A stretch of DNA of 54,069 nucleotides, counting the filler, from Dimargaris cristalligena (Eukaryota), in the NCBI GenBank assembly GCA_003614675.1. It is 3 parts of 3 records of this genome, joined end to end, with 100 filler letters (N's around TTAATTAATTAA, not from the genome) between each part and the next. Parts side by side here need not be neighbours in the genome. Positions count along the whole stretch, not along the records: positions 36,123 to 54,069 come from ML002785.1; 2 more parts are not named here. One strand, given 5' to 3'. The position numbers and the translations under genes were made by a program. The notes below the pieces were generated by a model. The model was not told the origin of the DNA and ran no database searches. It saw only the letters and a list, made by a program, of their open reading frames with translations. The first letter of the stretch is position 1; each line of letters begins with the position of its first letter. Of this stretch, positions 49,915 to 54,069 are shown in pieces.

Positions 49915-52900
49915 CTCAAGTCTCTCTAGCGCCCATATGACTGCCTAGTCATGTTTACGTTACATTTCTTTGCTATTTTGAATATATAATTTTACTTATT
50001 GTATGATATATGCATTGGTACCCGATTTTGCGCTGATTCTGATATTTTCATTTTACTTGAGATATTTTCTAAGTGAATATACAGTTTTATATAGTTGCTA
50101 AAATAGTTCAATTGCTCAAATTCCTTGAACCATACCATGGATTCTGTGTCGAGTCAGCTCTATAGTAATTCGTAACTTAAAACCCACCAGTGCCTACCTA
50201 GTTACACATGACCTTCTGTTTTTTTTTTTAAAAAAAAACTTTACTGTCGAATGCTATGGCCAAGCAACCACCTCTGGTAGCCGGAGGGTCGGAGCTTCAT
50301 TTATGTGACTTCAATAACGATTTCTAAACCTTCCTAAGATTATGCATCACACCTTATTACCCCAACTACCTAGATGCCCCTCCCTCATGACTATTTTATG
50401 ACCGATACTCTTTTTGTGCTCCAGGTCACTTCTGATGGGTGATTTGTTTTGCTTTACACTGGCAATCCTATTTATTACCACTACTTCCATTTACTCAATA
50501 ACTATTGAAATACAGCTGTTATTCATTGATATAAACATGGTTTAAAGGGCTGAACCTCAACACTTCCCATCTCCATCGAGCACATGAGTGGGGTATATAT
50601 TCCCCTAAAATAGCGTTATATCTTACGAACTATTGGACATTCATTTTTTAGCATGTATGCAAATCATAGCATGCTAACCAGGCGGATTTGATTGGCCGAA
50701 CTATGTCTCACGAATGGATAGTATAGGCACACTCGATATAGCTGGGATGTCCATGTCGTTTATATTTGGACATATTGGTTAGCTCATCTCTTGGGCATCG
50801 AGTAGTACTGACTAGAATAATTGCAGGCCTGTTTACCGCAAAATACCGGCGAAAATGAGGCAGTGGGGGGCGTCACAGCTGACAATCCATCCGATCATTA
50901 ATATTGTAACCGATTAAGCCGAGTGGGGCCAGAGAACTGTATAAATGACTAAAGCCGAGTAGGACAAATAACTAAACAAAATATAGTAGACAATAATTAT
51001 TTTATTGAAAGACACGGGATCCTGGTCCGCCACTCGGGGCGGCCTATATTATTCCTCTGGGATGAGGTGTGGTTCTTGTGCCGTTGGGGTGGGGCTATCT
51101 TCCTCCATGGCGGGGGATAGATGAGTCGCGGCGTGGTCCTTTGGTTCCTCCTCACTTGAGTACCATGTACTGTGGGGAGGATTGACCTCTCGCCCATGAG
51201 TGGTGGATGCCTCCCCCGGTTGCAATATGACCTTGAATCTAAGGGTGCTTCCTATGGGGAAGGTTCAACCAGGCTGTATGACGAAAAATCCGTTGGATTA
51301 TTATGGTCAAGTTGACTGTCCTTGGTAGGCTATGAGATATCTAGCGGCAGATCCTGCCTTATATAGGATACACAGTACCGGCCAATAGGAATAGCCTATA
51401 GGGTAGCTATGATACCCAGCCTAGGGCTCATAATGGACTTGTGCCTCGCCCCCCCGCTCCCCTCCATGGATCTAAGGGGCTCCCTTTCTGCTCTATTCGA
51501 TACGTATTATTTGATACACTAATACACCTTTTATAAACGCTACAGGATAAGGAAAAATCAACTAGTTAAAAATAAACCTTTTGTATATTTTCCCGTATAC
51601 ATACCATTCTAAACCGTATACAGTTGCGCTGATTATAACCATACCTGAAGCTCTTTGGCATATTATAAGACAGCTATAAACCCGGACATGTCCATCCGAC
51701 TAATTATATTACCATAATATGCATCTAAAGTCTTCCTATTATATTGTTATGGGTCGTATAATCATAGTGGGATAGAGTGCATGTCGGCTTATTGTAAGGG
51801 GCAAGATAAAACGAAGGAGTCTCCGGGAGCACCCGGGTTTGATAACCACTGACGGGATCGAATCCTCCCGTCCTATTGGTCGTTATACTGGCTCTGCTAT
51901 TGACAGAGTGGGCCATTACAACACCATCAGTCTGGCTGAATGAGACAATTCCACCTACATACATACCCTACTCACCTGGCTTTAATTACCATTGCACTTG
52001 GTTGGCTGTCACCCCTATACCCGTAGGAATACTTAAAATGTTGGATACCTACGTATTATTCATTTCACCTCCGAGGCCCACTCCGCCCCATTCTCAAAGG
52101 AGTTGATTGCATTTGAGGCTTGGGGGTACATGGATATTAAAATACTCACTTCACGTTAGTTAAATCTAAAATAAACCACTACTGCACTAGCAACCCCGTA
52201 CTGTTGTTAACATCGGGAAGCAATAGTGGTACTTCATTCGGAATTGTAGCCCATCCATTTTTGTCGACAACGGAAAACACAGGGGAGGGGGAGAAGGGAA
52301 AGAGGTTTCCTAGGTTATGCAATTGGGGGACGGCCGGTATGCCATAACCAATTAATGCACTTCGCACACTTGTTCCCAGTGGTTTCACGAAGTCTAGCTA
52401 TCCAAAGCGGAGGACCCATTCCAATATCCGGTGGAACAATCAGCTGAGATAAAAGGGGTTGTCCGAAAGGGGGGTCACCTCACACTTGGTTTCCAGCCCC
52501 GGGTATCATTAGCGTCCCATAATGAATGGTAGTGGATATAGTTGATGGATTTTGGTGAAATGAGACCACTGTTCGACATGGGCCCTATCTTCCGGTTTCC
52601 TCTTTTTCAAATCCATTGCTAGTGTACATGGGGTGCTTCTCTGTTGGATTCTATTGAAGCACATCCTTTAATCACAATGGGTAGCAAGAGCAGAGATAAT
52701 TCTAAATCAATTACACGAAAAAGAGAGAAATTAGGGAAGTTATACCCCCAGGCGACATATCAATGGAGCTCGCACCTCTCCCCTTTCATACCAGCCAATC
52801 GTCTTAGAAGACCCGGAATAAAGGGTGGTACAGGGATAGGTCCACCCATTCTTTCCCTCCCTCATCACCTCAGATAGTACAGGCCCCGAGTGGCCAAATT

Positions 52901-53286
52901 CCCATTCCATATTTGGATACTTGTGCAATGGGTTGGCGTGAAGGAATATATGCTGTTGAAGCACCATACTCAAAGGGCCTTCGTTGAAAAATAAATTTAC
53001 AAAGGCCGGTGGTTCAAGTGGCCATTTCCGCCACATGAGTACTCCTCCTCTGTAGCGGATCCGGGAATGCTGGATAACTCCTCGGCATTTGCCTATAAAT
53101 ACCACAGCCTTCCCCTCCCCTTCATTTTGATAAATTACACCCGCCTTGCCTTCCCTTAACCGATCTTTACTTAAATTATCGCCCTCCCCGCTCAAGACTC
53201 TATACGCTGTCCTTTCGATTACCCCCCCCTTTCCATCGTTCCCCGTCCGAATAGCCCCCTTAAGCCACCCATTCGATATTCTCGCT

Positions 53287-54069
53287 ATGAAATCTGTATG
53301 CTATTCTGTCACCCTGGTGGGTATGATTATTGCCCACCGTGCCACTGCCCACCCTCATCCCGGTAATAAGGCTCCCTGGCAAGGGTTCAACGGAATGTTT
53401 TCGAAAATGAAGTCTATGTATAATAACATGGGGTTCCCAGCTGGTGCCGGCGACTCAACGGCACTTCAGAATACCATGCCCGGTGGATTCGACGGCAAAT
53501 ACGATGACGAAAAATCGAACAGCCCAACCGAAAATCCAGCAAATAATTATTAAGCTCAATTAGGCAAACCCCTTGAGCAGTTCACCAAGGACTCCCCGCA
53601 TGAAGCAATCACAGGGGTAGATACATATTTCAATACACCAAACTTAGCCCAGACTGTCCAAGTGCCTAAAATTGACCATCGAATGTCGCTTAGAAATGGG
53701 CACAATCTCGAAGCTTTTGATGTAAGTCTACATTAAGTAGTTTTATAAATGTAACCAGACAGCAAAGACTAAAATATTTCCTGGCATCCATTAGCAAAGT
53801 ATTGGTTACTGATATTGATCATGATATTTTCTTTCCGCAAAATAGTCGCTTTACTGTAAATTAACCATCATCATTTCCAAATAATTACTATATTTGTTAA
53901 CCATACACTATGTCGATTTTTCGATGCAGGCTGCCCAGACCAAATAATATATTGATAAACTGTTTACAGCATTATTCACTTGCAATAGTAGAAGCTATGA
54001 AAAGGCCATAATCTCAGGACTTATGGGTATTGGGTTTGCCAATACTGTGTTCCAGTGGCTCTATGAGGG
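53287..54069 (+). pseudogene. Secreted-protein gene with two in-frame TAA stops (probable pseudogene), running off the window
   Basis: TATAAAT near 53094 and signal peptide MKSVCYSVTLVGMIIAHRATA. After TAA 53551-53553 the frame stays open for 56 codons to a GTAAGT donor (53722). A 208-nt intron ends in CAG (53929), a second TAA follows at 53945-53947, then 40 more open codons. Confidence 0.6.

Noticed and set aside
51851..51873. GGGATCGAATCC hairpin resembling a tRNA T-arm
   Set aside because: No D-arm, anticodon arm or acceptor stem can be built around it.

Overview
Eukaryotic (fungal) genomic DNA with GT-AG spliceosomal introns of mostly 75-560 nt, GC-rich exons and (AT)n/(AG)n microsatellites. 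An early-diverging lineage such as Zoopagomycota is my unverified impression. The window is three segments (1-17965, 18066-36022, 36123-54069; 17965, 17957 and 17947 bp) joined by artificial 100-nt N/TTAATTAATTAA linkers, so they are probably unlinked contigs. Segment 1 holds KRI1 (6 exons), a divergent NUR1/Mug154-like gene (6 exons), an orphan 2-exon 77-aa gene with an Sm/LSm- or Tudor-like pattern, a secreted and probably GPI-anchored S1 protease with a non-trypsin specificity pocket, and the mitochondrial GTP/GDP carrier GGC1. Segment 2 holds ARF1, EF-1beta with an intronic U18 C/D snoRNA, mitochondrial GUF1 (8 exons), the PCP1/PARL rhomboid, COQ10, THOC7/Mft1 and the 3' end of a tandem hevein (CBM18) gene cut by the contig end. 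Segment 3 holds ribokinase and a gene-poor accessory region with two small secreted-protein ORFs and a secreted-protein pseudogene. A diverged dispersed repeat of about 55-145 bp occurs in all three segments. All exon models were assembled by eye and no database search was run.
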